Shown: positions 27,130 to 39,932 of the stretch, piece by piece
Layout: each line of letters starts with the position of its first letter
Numbering within the stretch: position 1 is the first letter of the stretch
Source of the DNA: Strigamia acuminata
Lineage: Eukaryota
Direction: 5' to 3'
Length of the DNA: 64,000 nucleotides
Assembly (NCBI GenBank): GCA_949358305.1
Contig: OX442314.1
Coordinates: 22,816,001-22,880,000 of the forward strand
Notes under the pieces: model-generated
The model's input: the letters and a program-made list of their open reading frames with translations, nothing else
What the model was told of the DNA's origin: nothing
The model's database searches: none
Program-made: the position numbers and the translations under genes

Positions 27130-30100
27130 TCCATTCTTATTCTACATTTTATTGCCAATAATTACAGAACACTACCACGAATCTGAAATCACGCGCTCGC
27201 AATCCATCATAGGCTCGCAAGCTTAAAAAAATAAATATAAATCAGAGTGCTATACGCAAACAAGTTTACTGCCGCATTTACACCCAAGCCATGGGCATTA
27301 TGTGCAAATGAAAGTGTCCCTTATTGTTAAGACTTTTTCTACCCCTTCTTTTATCCCCCATAGTGAAATACCCCTCGGTTTTATGGGCGGATCTTATTGC
27401 TTTTAAGCCTTTCATTGGATGACCAAGCTAAATGACTACTAACTCTTACCAGCCCTTCTTTTTTTATTATTAGACTTTCAGTTTCAATCTTGTTGCAACA
27501 ATTAATGTGACTGCTTTCCCGACCCCTACCCCCTTCCGTCTTTCTCCAGCAGTTAATTACTCCCCACCAATGAGAGCCGACCTTAAAAATCTTCGTGTGT
27601 ATACAAAACCCGTTTTTTTTCTGTCAATAAAAAGCCAAACTAACCACAGATGGCAGGTACGCAACATTATGGACGCTGTACAATTGGCATCGTCCTATGA
27701 CTATCATTTTTTCGGGGCTTCTTTATTTTATTATATGCCCACCGACAGATGCAGCCTTTACCTATTGTCAATCTAAGTCATTGTATCAATAGGAAGCCTC
27801 AATTTGTTAACACAATGAGATAATTCCAGTGAACATCCGCCGCCCGGGGCTATGGGCTCGACCAGAGACCTAACTCCCATATATTCGTGACATAACACGA
27901 CTAAATCTCGTGTTGTTTGTCGGCCCATTGGCCCTCCTATCTTTTTTCCTAATTTCTGTGTGCAGTTTCTATAAGACCTGAACAAACATAAGAAAGGACC
28001 CTCAAAGTTGCATAGGGAGCCCGAGTTGTTGCAGCTGAAAGGGCACGTGGACCTCGGCGAATGGATCGAGCCATGACCAAGCAGAAAAAAGTCTTAAAAG
28101 ATAATCTGTTTAGGTCGAGCAAGTTGGCCAAAATACGAGGGCGGGATTCGAGTGTCAAAAATTGAGACATGAATATGATTGATGCTTGTTGATCTAGGTC
28201 TAACTAACTCTCGCAACTACACTTTGTATTATATCCCTTTAACCGTGCACTTCGTCATTGTCACGTTGAAAAATATCTTGATTAACAAACTCGCCATGTG
28301 AGAGTTGGATTCAAAGAGTTGCGTCGTCGAGTAATCAAAGGATTACAAAGACCATTAGTTGCAGGCACGTTCATCATCGATGGAGCAGTGAGTTTACAAC
28401 CCCTACAAATATATTTCTCCCCATCCCCCTTTCCAATAGATAGAGGGGTTGAGGGTAATATGGAAGGAAGAAGGGGTTGGGGTTTCCAGAATGGGGGATT
28501 CTGCTGGATGCGTTCAAGCGTGTTCTAGTTCTGTTCAGTTATGGATTAATACATAAAAAAAATGATGGTGAAAAACAACAAATATAAAAATATCTTCTTA
28601 AATCTTTTATTATATAAATATAAAGTTAATTCGAGCATAAATTTTATCTCTATATGTTTTTATTTCAAGCACCTGTGCTAGTAAGGCACGAAATTGACAT
28701 GTGAACTCGAAGGGGAAATTTGACCACTTAGCCTGCTCCAGGGTGACTTCAACTAGTGGACAACTTTATCAACCTAAACTTGTTTTTTTTTTTTTTGGAT
28801 ATTCAAACGCAGGGAGGAGGGAATAGCCGGTCAAAGTTCATCAACTGACCCTCTCTATTTACTGGGTTGACATCGCTTTGGAAATTGAAGTTGAAAGAAA
28901 GGTGTATAAGTTTGGCGTTAGGCTTAAAAAGCAAGCTTATAAATTATAATGTTTGCTCAACTGGTGTAAAAATGTGTGAATGACTTATTGATATTGTTCG
29001 AGAATAATGCGCCGGTTTTTTTCCTCGAGTTTGGACTATCATCTGTTAAAATTTAATAGCACGCTGTGAATTTGAAATTGATCATTGAACACCAGCGATG
29101 ACTTTGTACAGGTGGCCACGAACAGGTAATAAAACAGCTGAATGACAAGTAAAAAAAATAAACAGGTGGCCAATTTTTAATGGTGTGTTTTACACCTTTT
29201 GGTCGATGTCGACTGTGAAATTTAATAAAAATGGATTAAAAACCCCCGTAAAGAAGCCGAGAAAAAAAAAATCTCGATAAAAACTCCGATATTTCCTTCG
29301 TCTAAGCCGACAAAACCAAAATCGAACCAAAAATAATTAAATGCGCGCTTTTAAATTTATCCCCGAAGTGCGCAGTGAAGCCAACCCGCAATCAACACGG
29401 TAACCGGAAGTGATTGATGATGATGAATAAGAACTCGTCCCAATACAATTTCTCACTTAATCTTATTATTTTTTCAAATTTATATCCCACCCACCATTAA
29501 AAATATAAAATAAAAAAAATTTTCTAAAATTAAAATTCAGAATTTAACGTAAATAAATATTTCCAGCCATTTTTATTCACCCAATTTCCAAAACAATCCC
29601 TTTAGGCCTTTCCACATTATTTTAAAAATATTCATAAACGTCACTAATCCCTTCCCCCCTTCGCCACCCCCATTTCGACTTCCCTCTTAATTCAATCAAA
29701 GTTTCGACAAATGTTTAAACACACCTGTTTTCCGATGCACTGTTATACAATAGTGGGCTTTACTCTGCCCGTTTATTTATCGACCAATTAAAAAGCGGTT
29801 GACATAAGCACCTCTCTAGTCAAACGCGCGCGTTCCTGGTCACTTCGCTCTCCGCCCACGCGTCTCGCGCATCGTTCACACAACCTTACCGATTACCAAA
29901 TAGAGAAGTAAAAAAAAAAAGGTAAGAAATGGTATTCATTTTCTTTCTCACATCACTCCACTTCATGGTCTGTTTAGCGTCACGTGACTACCTTTTTTCC
30001 CCCTTACAAATTTAACGGAACCGGTTTTTCTTACCTTTTCAAACGTTCCAGCAGAAAGGGGTTGCGTCCGTGGCGGCGCACACTAGGGGTACTGTGCTCG

Positions 30101-33100
30101 CACAATAACACGGCCTCAGGCTTAACTGCTTGTGGACCCAGGGTACCTTAACTCCTTTCTTTTGTTGCCTATTTTTAGCTCAAGGGGGGTTGTCCTTGAA
30201 GGGGGTCATTCGTTGACCCCACTGCTACAGTCGCAAACCTTTCTCTCTCCCGTTATAGCGAATCGAAGACGTTTCGCAAGCAATATTAACCGGAAACATC
30301 TTTTTTGACAACCGGAAGTGAATTTTTTCCTTCTTTTTAACGTATTTCAAACACGGCAAAATGTGTAATAATTTCTAGCAGCGCTAAATTACTTCGTTGT
30401 AACGAGATTGGCACCATGGAAGGAAAGGGGGTAAAGCGAAGGTCCGCTTGTGCCCATTGGTCGGTTTTGGTGGGAGTAGTCGGTGAAGGAGGACTGGCCG
30501 GTAGCCAACATGTCCAGGAAATGTTGGGCCGCGTTGTTGGACACGAGCGTCACACCTCCTTTCCTTGGCCCCCTGTCAGCGTCTTGTTCACTGACCACGC
30601 GCTATTGCCTTCTGAGTGCCAACGGCTTAGCCACAAGTGCCATTACTCACGTGCTTTTTTTTTTCTTTTCTTTTTTCCGCGGGATGGGAGTACGAAATAG
30701 GTGAGGGGACGCGGGAGGGTCGTGAAAAATCACGTCATATTGGGTGTGTTGTGCGAAAGGATTTCGTGGAGTTGGTATTTTCGATTGGAGCATTAAATTT
30801 TGCTGTTGACGGTGCGCGCGTGTTCGCTGCGGCTGAGGGTCGACTTGGTGCGGCATGGAGGGGAAAACTGCGTAGAAAGTTTGAGATAATTTTCACTTAC
30901 TTTGGGAAGATTTGTCGGGATTTTTTTTTTTTTGTAGATTTACTGGAATCTGAAATGGTAAAAAAAAATATTTTATTTTTTTAATTTTTTTTATTATTAT
31001 TGTTGTTTATTTCTTTGGGGTTTTGGTTGGTTTTGTGATGAATGGGGGAGTCAAAGGGTTGAAGTTTGTTTTAAGAAAGGAGAAAATTAGAAGAGAAATA
31101 AAATTGCTTTTCCTCATTCAGTCTCCGTCTCTTGAATTCAATCAAAGCGCAAGCTCTTTTCATCAGTGCTTTTAGGCGTGGGTTGTTAATTGAATTTCGC
31201 ATTGTTTCTATGTGGCTTGATTAGCACGAATTCAAGTGGCCCCAAGCAGTGGTCCGGGATTTGTTCCAAGTGCCCCCTAGACTGCCCATTGGCCACCGGG
31301 TAAATTCGATTGGCCCACCGTGGCAACCAAATTGATAGAACTCGTCTTCAAAATTAAGAAAAAAAATAAAAATAAAAATAAATTTCGACTATTCATTTTT
31401 TCTTACGTGGTGAAATTAACCCTAAATCGCCAAAAAATCAAAAATCAAAAATAATGAAATCAAAAATAAATTGAAAAAAAAAATCGAAATGTACACAAAT
31501 TTTTCAACAGATTTAAATGTTAATTTTTTGGCGGTTGATTTTCTCGGTCACGCATTGGCTACTGGCCATGACTGATGCCAATCAAAATTCAGGTTTAGTC
31601 ATAGGGGAGAATGTGCAGGCAAGTTAACGAGCAGCAATTCATTTATAGACAAAATTGAAATGAAATAAGAAAGTGTTGATTTAAAAATTCATCAAAGGGC
31701 ATCGCTGTGTAAGCTCAAAGATTTGATGTACAGATTTGAGCTATTCAATCACGAATCTGTATTTACAACTCATTTTTAAGGCTCTTCTTTTGACCACCCG
31801 CCATCCCTCTACTATAACAGCTGCTTTCGGATATGTCAATATGAGAAAATGTGAGAATTTGAACACGATTTGTCAATTTCCAAATAAAAATTGGAAATTT
31901 ACTCCACTAAGCAATGCTTAAATTATACTAAACACATTTAGGATATAAACTTGTCTTTTTTTTAAAAAAAAAAATTTAATTTAATTTTTTTGGGTGTTTT
32001 TGTTACCATTTTCTACCTTGTAATACACCCAACACCTCTTTACTCCTTATAAGTACGTAAATCTCAATCAACCGACATTCGAAAGCGATATTTTCCAGTA
32101 GATTAAAAATATCCGTCGTTATTTAATACAATTATGTAATATTTGTTTATTTTACACTCAATTTTTAAATTCGTGTCCCATACCTTAAATACAATTAAAT
32201 AAATTTGGTCACTCTAGTTCTTCGTTTTCTTAAATTTAACATTCAAAATTAATTTTTTTTCTTCTTCAAATTCGTTTTATTTCGTGAAATGCAACGACTT
32301 TCCCCTCCAAAATTTTCCGGAAAAATCCAAAAAAAAAATTTTAAAAAAAATTCTTAGTTGCTATACGTAATTATTTGCATAGGGGGTGATGAATGCAATT
32401 GAACGGATGGCGATTGGGCGATTGGGCATGTTTTGATTTCTAAACTGGTTTTAATGTTATTGAAAATGAAATGTTTATTCGTTACCCCGTTTAATACACC
32501 CTGATTCCGCTGAACTTCCAAGTATCGATTTCCTGTTGGAAGTTCACTCACTTCTTTTTCTCGGTGTCGTCCACTAGAGTGCGCTCGACCATTGGACGTT
32601 GGGTGTCCGTTTGAGTAACCAATCATATCGTGGGCGTCTCATTTTGAATGACGCTGCGTTCATAAGAAGGGGTGGAGCTTAAGTTTCATGGGATGCAGGA
32701 GGATCGGATGGAGAAGGGATGGTGGGGTGATGGACATCAACTAATTGATTGAGCCTGCTGGGAATTCAGGTAGTCATGTGTATTATTCGCTAACATTTCA
32801 TTTTGGATAAATATGTTTAGGTGATTGAAAAAGTAAAAAAAAAAAAAAAAAAAATGTCAATCAATCAATTTTGTTGATTATTTTTTATTTTTTTTTTAAT
32901 TTTTTTTTTTAAACAAAAAATTCAAATTATAAAATATCAATTTTTTTATTGAAAAATATTTCTTTTTTTTGAATTTATAATTAATTATTTAATAATTAGT
33001 TTTTAATTGGGTCTCTAGAATCACTTAATCTCGTGTAACATCGATTTTTTTAATGGTTTAAAAATGATTCATGGACGTTGTAATTTTTTTTTATTTTTTT

Positions 33101-34273
33101 TTTGGAATTTATTTATTTATATATTTATTTTAAGAATGAAAAATTGATTTTTATAATTGATGGAGTCAAGGTTTCCTGTTAACCTGTTCTTTTAGATATA
33201 TGTTCTGGGGTTTGACACCATTAAAAATGTAAGCTTTTTTTTTATTATTCTAAAGGGAAATTGAAAAACAATTTAAGGTAATTGATCAAAATAGTTGTTG
33301 TTTGCAAAAATGTAGCGCGAGAGAAAAAATGAACTTGGTATAGAAAAATTGGAACCGAGAAAAATGCATCTGGTGAAATACGACAGCTAGTGGTGACATT
33401 GCGTACTGTTGCCGACGCTAGAGAAACTGAATGAATGTGTCAAAAATTAAGTTTTTTTTATAAAATAACGAAAAAATAATAATTCTATATTCAGAAAAAA
33501 AATATTTTTTTTCTATTTAAAAGAATTCTTATTTTTTTTTAAAAAATAAAACTTAAATTTTGAAAAAATTAAATACCCGTAGAAATTAGACATTTGATGA
33601 TGTAATTTCTCAAATTTTTTATTTTATATATTTTTTTAAATTAAATTAAAATTTTTTAAATTTATTTCCGTCGACTAAATTACGACTCGAATATTTTTTT
33701 CCTCATTTCATCTTGTGTCAGGGGGACACATCAATAATCTGACATCATTTGTAGTAATAACTTACGTCAAAATCTATACACCAATAAGAGCGCAGGTTAC
33801 AGCCGCGCACAGTTTTTATAATGAACCAGACATTCACAACTCGCACTAAATTCGCTATTAATTTCCCCATCTCCTCCTAGCGGCATTTTTTCCCACAAAA
33901 ATTTCCACTTTTAATAAATCCAAAAAATAATAATACACCCAAAAAAAAATAAACCGTTCGATTTTATTGGGAACAATGAAAACCACGAGCGAAAACGTAA
34001 AAATGCACAATACAAACCTGGCGCGATAATTTTTTGCCATCAACAACAACCCGCCTCACCCCGGCGAAGAAAAATGGCTCCGACCGGCGTATAAACAGGG
34101 CGACATGAGAATGTCATTTTGACATTTTCAACTTGCATTATCCATGCCCTGTAACAGCTAAAAACTTACCTAATGATGATCCGATGTCCCGCTAAAACAA
34201 TTGGGCAAATAGCGAGCGAAGTCAAGGCCAAGGAAACGATGTGCGAAAAACGAGGCGGGAGCCGATCATGTAG

Positions 34274-34318
34274 TATAAATAAGAGAGCGGTCAGTCAGTG
34301 GAGTGGCCGGCCATTTTG
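34274..34318 (+). promoter_or_regulatory. Core promoter of the zinc-finger gene
   Basis: TATAAATA at 34274, Inr-like TCAGTCAGT at 34291 and YY1/Pho-like GCCATTTTG at 34310, all in a CpG-rich patch just upstream of the first exon. TATA-Inr spacing is not textbook. Confidence 0.6.
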
Positions 34319-34345
34319 AGCAAAGGCAGCTGGGAAAGTGCGAAC

Positions 34346-34380
34346 ATGGCACCCGATGTGCGGCAACGGTCTCGCATTGT
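34346..34380 (+). CDS. Zinc-finger gene, first coding exon (MAPDVRQRSRI.)
   Basis: AACATGG start context and GTAAGT donor at 34381. Phase 2 joins in frame to the first AG (35466-35467) after the polypyrimidine tract. Confidence 0.6.
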
Positions 34381-35467
34381 GTAAGTAATCGGTGTTAGAT
34401 TCTCTTTTGCTCGTGCATTTTTTGCTCGTTTTTTGCTACTCGCCTAATGGAATACGTACGGGGAATGAGAGCGCAGAATAGTGAGCTTCTAGCGGCATCT
34501 CTTACCATTACCGGCCGATCTAAGCTTCCTCTTTGTCGTTGGCCGAGGAGGCTTTGGTTGCTAAGCGGCGGTGAATTTTGGAAAATTTCGGTTATCCATC
34601 ATTTACGGTTTCCAGTGAGAGAAATATTCCGTGGGTTGCTTTCGGGTTGGGGATTGCTGCTTTTTTCAATTTTCAACACTCGTTAACGGTAATATTGCCT
34701 CTTTTTTTACGCTTTTCGCGCTCGTTTCCATGTGTCATCCGGAGAATTCCAAAGGCGCTTATTTTGAATATTTTTGAATTTGTTTAATTCGTTTTTTCAG
34801 ACTCAAATTTTAAAATATTTGAATTTTTTAAAAAAGTTTCTCTTCTTTTTTTTATTTTATTTGAAAAAAATCGTATTTCTTGTTATTTGTGATGCTTTTT
34901 TTCGGTTCTTTTAAAGTACGGTGCTGATAAGAGAAAATTGATTAGCAATTTATGAAATTTATTTATTTTTCACGCACACAAAAAACAGGCCATGACTTGA
35001 AAATAACAGACATTTATATTTCGTTTTACTATACCTTTTTTCATATATATAAATATATATATTTTTTTTATTATTATTATTTTCTAGGCCTACTCGAAAT
35101 TTATAGGAAGAAAAAAAAATCAAAACTATAAATATATGCACCCATGTAATAATTACATTCAATATTTAAAAATCCAAAAAAAGAAAAAAAAGAAAAAAAA
35201 ATATGAGAAAACATATGAAAATGAGCAAACTACTAGTCAATTTGCAACTAAACTTTGTATCCTGCTAACCATGGACGCGATAAAGTGAATGAAAAGAAAA
35301 ATTACAAACCGCTCCCACTGACTCCAGCTAAAAGAAAGAAAGAAAAAAAAAAGAAGTTAAAAAAAAAAAAAAACCAAAAAGAGGAAAAAAGAAGTTAAAA
35401 AAAAATACAGTGACTCCCTCTCTCTCTCTCTCCCTCCCTCCCCTGCCTTGTGCCACTGCCCATCCAG

Positions 35468-38400
35468 CACCTCCTACCCAGGCATAATGGCCTCGGTAAC
35501 TGTGAATGGATCCCTTGGCCTTGATTTTACCTCGTCTGAAGAAAAAAGCCACGAGGACTCCCCAATCAGTGGAGGCGGCTACGATGACTCGACTTTAAAC
35601 GAATCGCCATATCAAGAATTACTAGGAGAAGACGACGCACTACATATGCAAGAAGACAAAGACAAAGAGATGGTGATGATGGAAGCTGCATGCCCACGCC
35701 CACCTGTATCTGCCTCGAAGAAACGTCGAAAACAGAGCAACCCGGTGCGCTTCGCCTCGGTCAGGCTATTGGAGTCGAAAAGCGTGGAGGAGGCGGACGA
35801 TGATGGGCCATTAGATTTGGCAGCAGATTTGCCTGATGGACGAGGCGAGGAGCAATTAGATCGGCTTTATCGGTGCGTGCACTGCAACGCACTGTTCGAG
35901 GCGGACGAGGACCTGCGAATGCACATCGAAGAAGAGCACGTGCAGAAGGTTTTAGAAAGACAATTACTTCATCACAATTTGAGCAAAGCGCAGGCCAAGG
36001 ACGCTTGTTGTGTGGAGAAGGACGAGCCGCCGGACATCACTCTGCCCTACCACAACATGCACGTGGAGAACAACAACTGCAAACCTTGTCACATTCCATT
36101 GACGATGCCGCAACTGACACCCAACTTACCCATGTCTGACGCGAAAGACGCATTAGCAGGCCTGATGCCTTCCCTGACCAACCCGTTCGGCCCGCCTCCG
36201 TTCCTCATACCTCTACTTACTCAAGGCCCAAGTTCTTCGCAGCAAGCGAACATCGGATCTCTGCCTGCACCGCCAATCCGCATCTTCAATCCAGAAGCAT
36301 ATTGTGAAATTTGTAACAAAGAGTTTTGCAACAAGTATTTTCTCAAAACCCACAAGGCTAACAAGCACGGCATCTACTCGATGGACACTCTGACCAGTTC
36401 ACCGTACGCCAGTGCGTTTCTGACGAGCAACGTGAGCCCGGCTGTCACGATCCCCATGAGATCTTTGCTTCCAACAACTTCCAGTGCTGGGTCTTCGTCG
36501 TCGACAATCTCCGTCTGCGACAACGGTTCCATCGCGAAGTCTTCGGGGCCGTTGAACGTGGAGGCGTACTGCGAGATATGCCAGAAAGAATTCTGCAACA
36601 AGTATTTTCTACGAAAACACAAACACAAGATTCACGGCATGTTTGATCCGTCGTTGCCACCCATGACAAGTTGCTCGAATACTCCCGGCACTCCCGGAGT
36701 AGTGGGAATAGGAGTGGGAGTGGGAGTGAACGTGAACGGGACAATGACGTCGCCAGCATCCACTCTGGACTCGCCCGTGTCCAGCAGCAGCGCATCTTCC
36801 ATTACGAACGTTACTAGCAGCAATCACATGGACTGTGTCACTTCCGAGCTGTTGTCGAAAGACTGCAACCACAGAAATATGTCGCAAATATCTCACAAAC
36901 TCACTATGCATTGTGCTCCCGTCACGTTGGCGAACGCGTTGGCGAACCAGCTGGACGAGGAGAAAGGTTTTGTTAGCCAGAGGCCGTACATCAAACCCAT
37001 TATGGGCATTTTTACTCCTGAGAGGTTGAGGGAGATTGGAGTGGTCAATGCAGATGCATTTTGTGAAATCTGTTGCAAGGAGTTCTGCAATAAATACTTC
37101 CTGCGCACACACAAATTCAGCAAGCACGGCATCGCCGTGCCGGAACCGTCGCCCGGCCACGCACCGGCGTTCGACGACAACTCGAAATCGTCCACGCCCA
37201 AGAACGGGTGCAGCGAGGGCGCCATGATGGGCGACGAAATCTCGGCTGATTTGTGTTGCGACATTTGCGGACGTCCGTTTGCAAGCGTGTATCTGTTAAA
37301 AATGCACAAATTCTACTCTCACAACATGCCTCCAATTGATTATGACGAGAAATTGGTCAACTGCCACCAACCACCCATCATGGCGGTCAAAGAGGAAGCC
37401 GGACAGGAATGCGCGGAGAATTTGGTGAAGAGCGAGATCGTCGACCAGAACTCGGGCGAGGATCTGCGCAAGCTGCAGACCATGATTCAGGAGTTGAACG
37501 CGCCACTGCTGAAAGAGAGGCTGGTGTCGTGCAACCTGTGCCACAAGGAGATGGAAAACAAATACTTCCTTCGAGCGCACATGATGAACGAGCACGGCAT
37601 CCTGCACAACGAAGAGTCCAACTCGGGAGAGAGCAGCGCCTCCGTCAAAATATCCATGAGCAAAGATCAAACTGGCCATCGAAAACACTCCTTTCCCCCG
37701 CCATTGCCGCAACATCAACATCAGCAGCAGCAACAACATCAACAGCAGCAGCAGCAACAACTTCAACTTCAACAGCAACATCAACATCAGCCGCCATTGG
37801 AGACCGAGACATTCTGTGAGATTTGCAAGAAGGACTTTGGCACCAAGTATTTTTTACACGTTCACAAGACCAATATGCACGGCATGCCGATAGACCTGAG
37901 CATGCCGCCAACGTCGATCGAGTCCGGCCCGACGGTGCAGCCGTTGAGACCGACGTCGGATTCGGTGGCCGCGCCGAGCTCGTCGAGCGACAGGCCGAGC
38001 GTGATAACGGGCAGAAACTATTGCGAGATCTGCAACAAAGAGCTTTGCAATAAGTATTTCATGAAGACCCACATGCTGAAGATGCACGGCATCAACATCG
38101 AAGACCGTGCGGGCATCAAAGGTGCCGCCATCATTGGTGGGGTCACGTGCGACATTTGCCAGAAGGAGTTATGCAGCAAGTATTTTCTCAAGGTGCATAA
38201 GCAAAACACGCACGGGATATTCGAAGAGAGTCCATCGGGCAAGGAGAACAGCATGGTCGGGTTCAGCAACGAGAAGGATCTGGGCGTGATGCCGGGCGAG
38301 ATCACCGACGACAACAGCAAGTACTTCAGCCACTACACGGAGATATGTCCGATCTGCGACCGCCGATTCAAGAGCATCAAGTGGCTCAAGACACACATGG

Positions 38401-39623
38401 TGAACGACCACAACGACTACGCGAAAGAGAACGGTGTCATGTCATTGGTGAACCAGCAAGCACCGGATATCGGCAAGAATTGCCTCATTTGCGGCAAACA
38501 CTTCTCCGACGCCGTCAACTTGCAGGTTCACACGATCACGTCGCACTATTCGACCAACAACGCCAACGAACCGTTCGGGGACCTCACCCTGAGCAAAACC
38601 CCGATTCCCGTAAGCACGCCTCAGCCACACTCAGTAATTAGCAGCCAAGAAGTAGCGCCAGACGTTCATCCAGAAGGAGCGGGCAGCTCCGGCAACCCAC
38701 AGCAGCAACAGCAGCAACAATTACAGCAGCGCGAAGAGGAGATGATGGACGCGTGCAATCGGTCGCGAAAAAGTGGCGCCGCCAGCCGGATCTACCACTG
38801 TTCGTACTGTCCATACGCTACACGCTGGCTGTCTAATTTGTACGCGCACGAGAAACGGCATACGGGACAGGGGAACGAAAACGACAAGAAATTCGCTTGC
38901 AGATTGTGTCCACGTGCATATCGATACAACCACTCATTGCAGCGCCACATGGCCAGTCATCGTCGAGCTGCGGCCGCTTCTTCCGTGGCCGTGTCTTCCA
39001 GTATGACGAGCGACGCAGCTATCCCCCTCAACAACACGAAATCGAATTCGGAGGCGCAGCAAACGGAGCTGAGACTTAAGCAGCGGGTGAAAAAGTATCG
39101 CTGCAGCAAGTGTCTAATGAAGTTTCGCTCGCGCAAGTTCTGTCTGGCGCACATCTACGATGTGCACAGTCCTCGTAGCCGCGCTCCACTCATGACTGCC
39201 TTCTACCAGAAAGGTTTGCGCCTTTTCAAGTGTCGCAAGTGCGGCTTCACGAGCCGACATCTCAATAACCTCAAACAACATATCAAACAACAACACAAGG
39301 ATCTTTTGAACGATGCAAAATTGAGGCAGAAGCAGAGCCAGGGGAGCGAGGCCAACAACGCGTGGCCGACCACGACAACGGCGTCGCCGCAAGTCGACAA
39401 CCCGAGTCCGACTAACCAGATACCAATGACTTATGCCATGCCTCAAAATCCACCTACCGTAGGGTCTTTTATTATGCAGCCATTCTTAATGGCACAGCCA
39501 TCAGACGAGCTTGTCAATCCGGAAATGTGCGCAAACACTTTTGTACCGTCTTTGGTATATCTACCTGTGTGTCAAAAAGTATCTCAACCAGTCACTATAG
39601 CCTTCACACTCACTCCTGCTTGA
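35468..39623 (+). CDS. Multi-C2H2 zinc-finger protein, main exon (15 fingers, polyQ; likely transcriptional repressor)
   Basis: A 4.1-kb open frame with 15 C-x2-C...H-x3/4-H fingers, seven of the CxxCxKxxxxKYF(L/M)xxHxxxxHG type. Also RRKQSNP, PLDLA, PIDLS and polyQ tracts. First internal ATG at 35487; stop TGA at 39621-39623. The track start is a TTG inside the intron. Confidence 0.95.
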
Positions 39624-39893
39624 AATCAAAACAAACATCTAAAACAACAAAATCAAACAAATTGACCTTTTTTTTAAATCTCATTCCAAGTTCCTATTCT
39701 GTCCGTTGGCTTTATCAAAAAACAAAACAAAAAAAAACGAAAGAAAAGATAGAAAGATAGAAAGAAAGAAAGAAAGACATAAATCATTATGGTGCTCAAA
39801 AGGCGAAAAATCAAAAAAAAAATATTTCATTTGTATGTGCGTGAGTGTATGCGTGTTTGTGTTGCTCAAAAGTGATAAATTTCATCGGGCTGC

Positions 39894-39932
<39 letters not shown>

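Noticed and set aside
35448..35467. ORF-track N-termini (TTG/GTG starts at 35448, 56391, 57674, 59545, 62585)
   Set aside because: They are non-ATG starts in introns, UTR or mid-exon. Splice-aware models were used instead.
35873..39446. Many overlapping ORFs inside the zinc-finger exon
   Set aside because: Shadow ORFs of a GC-rich coding exon, with no recognisable domains.
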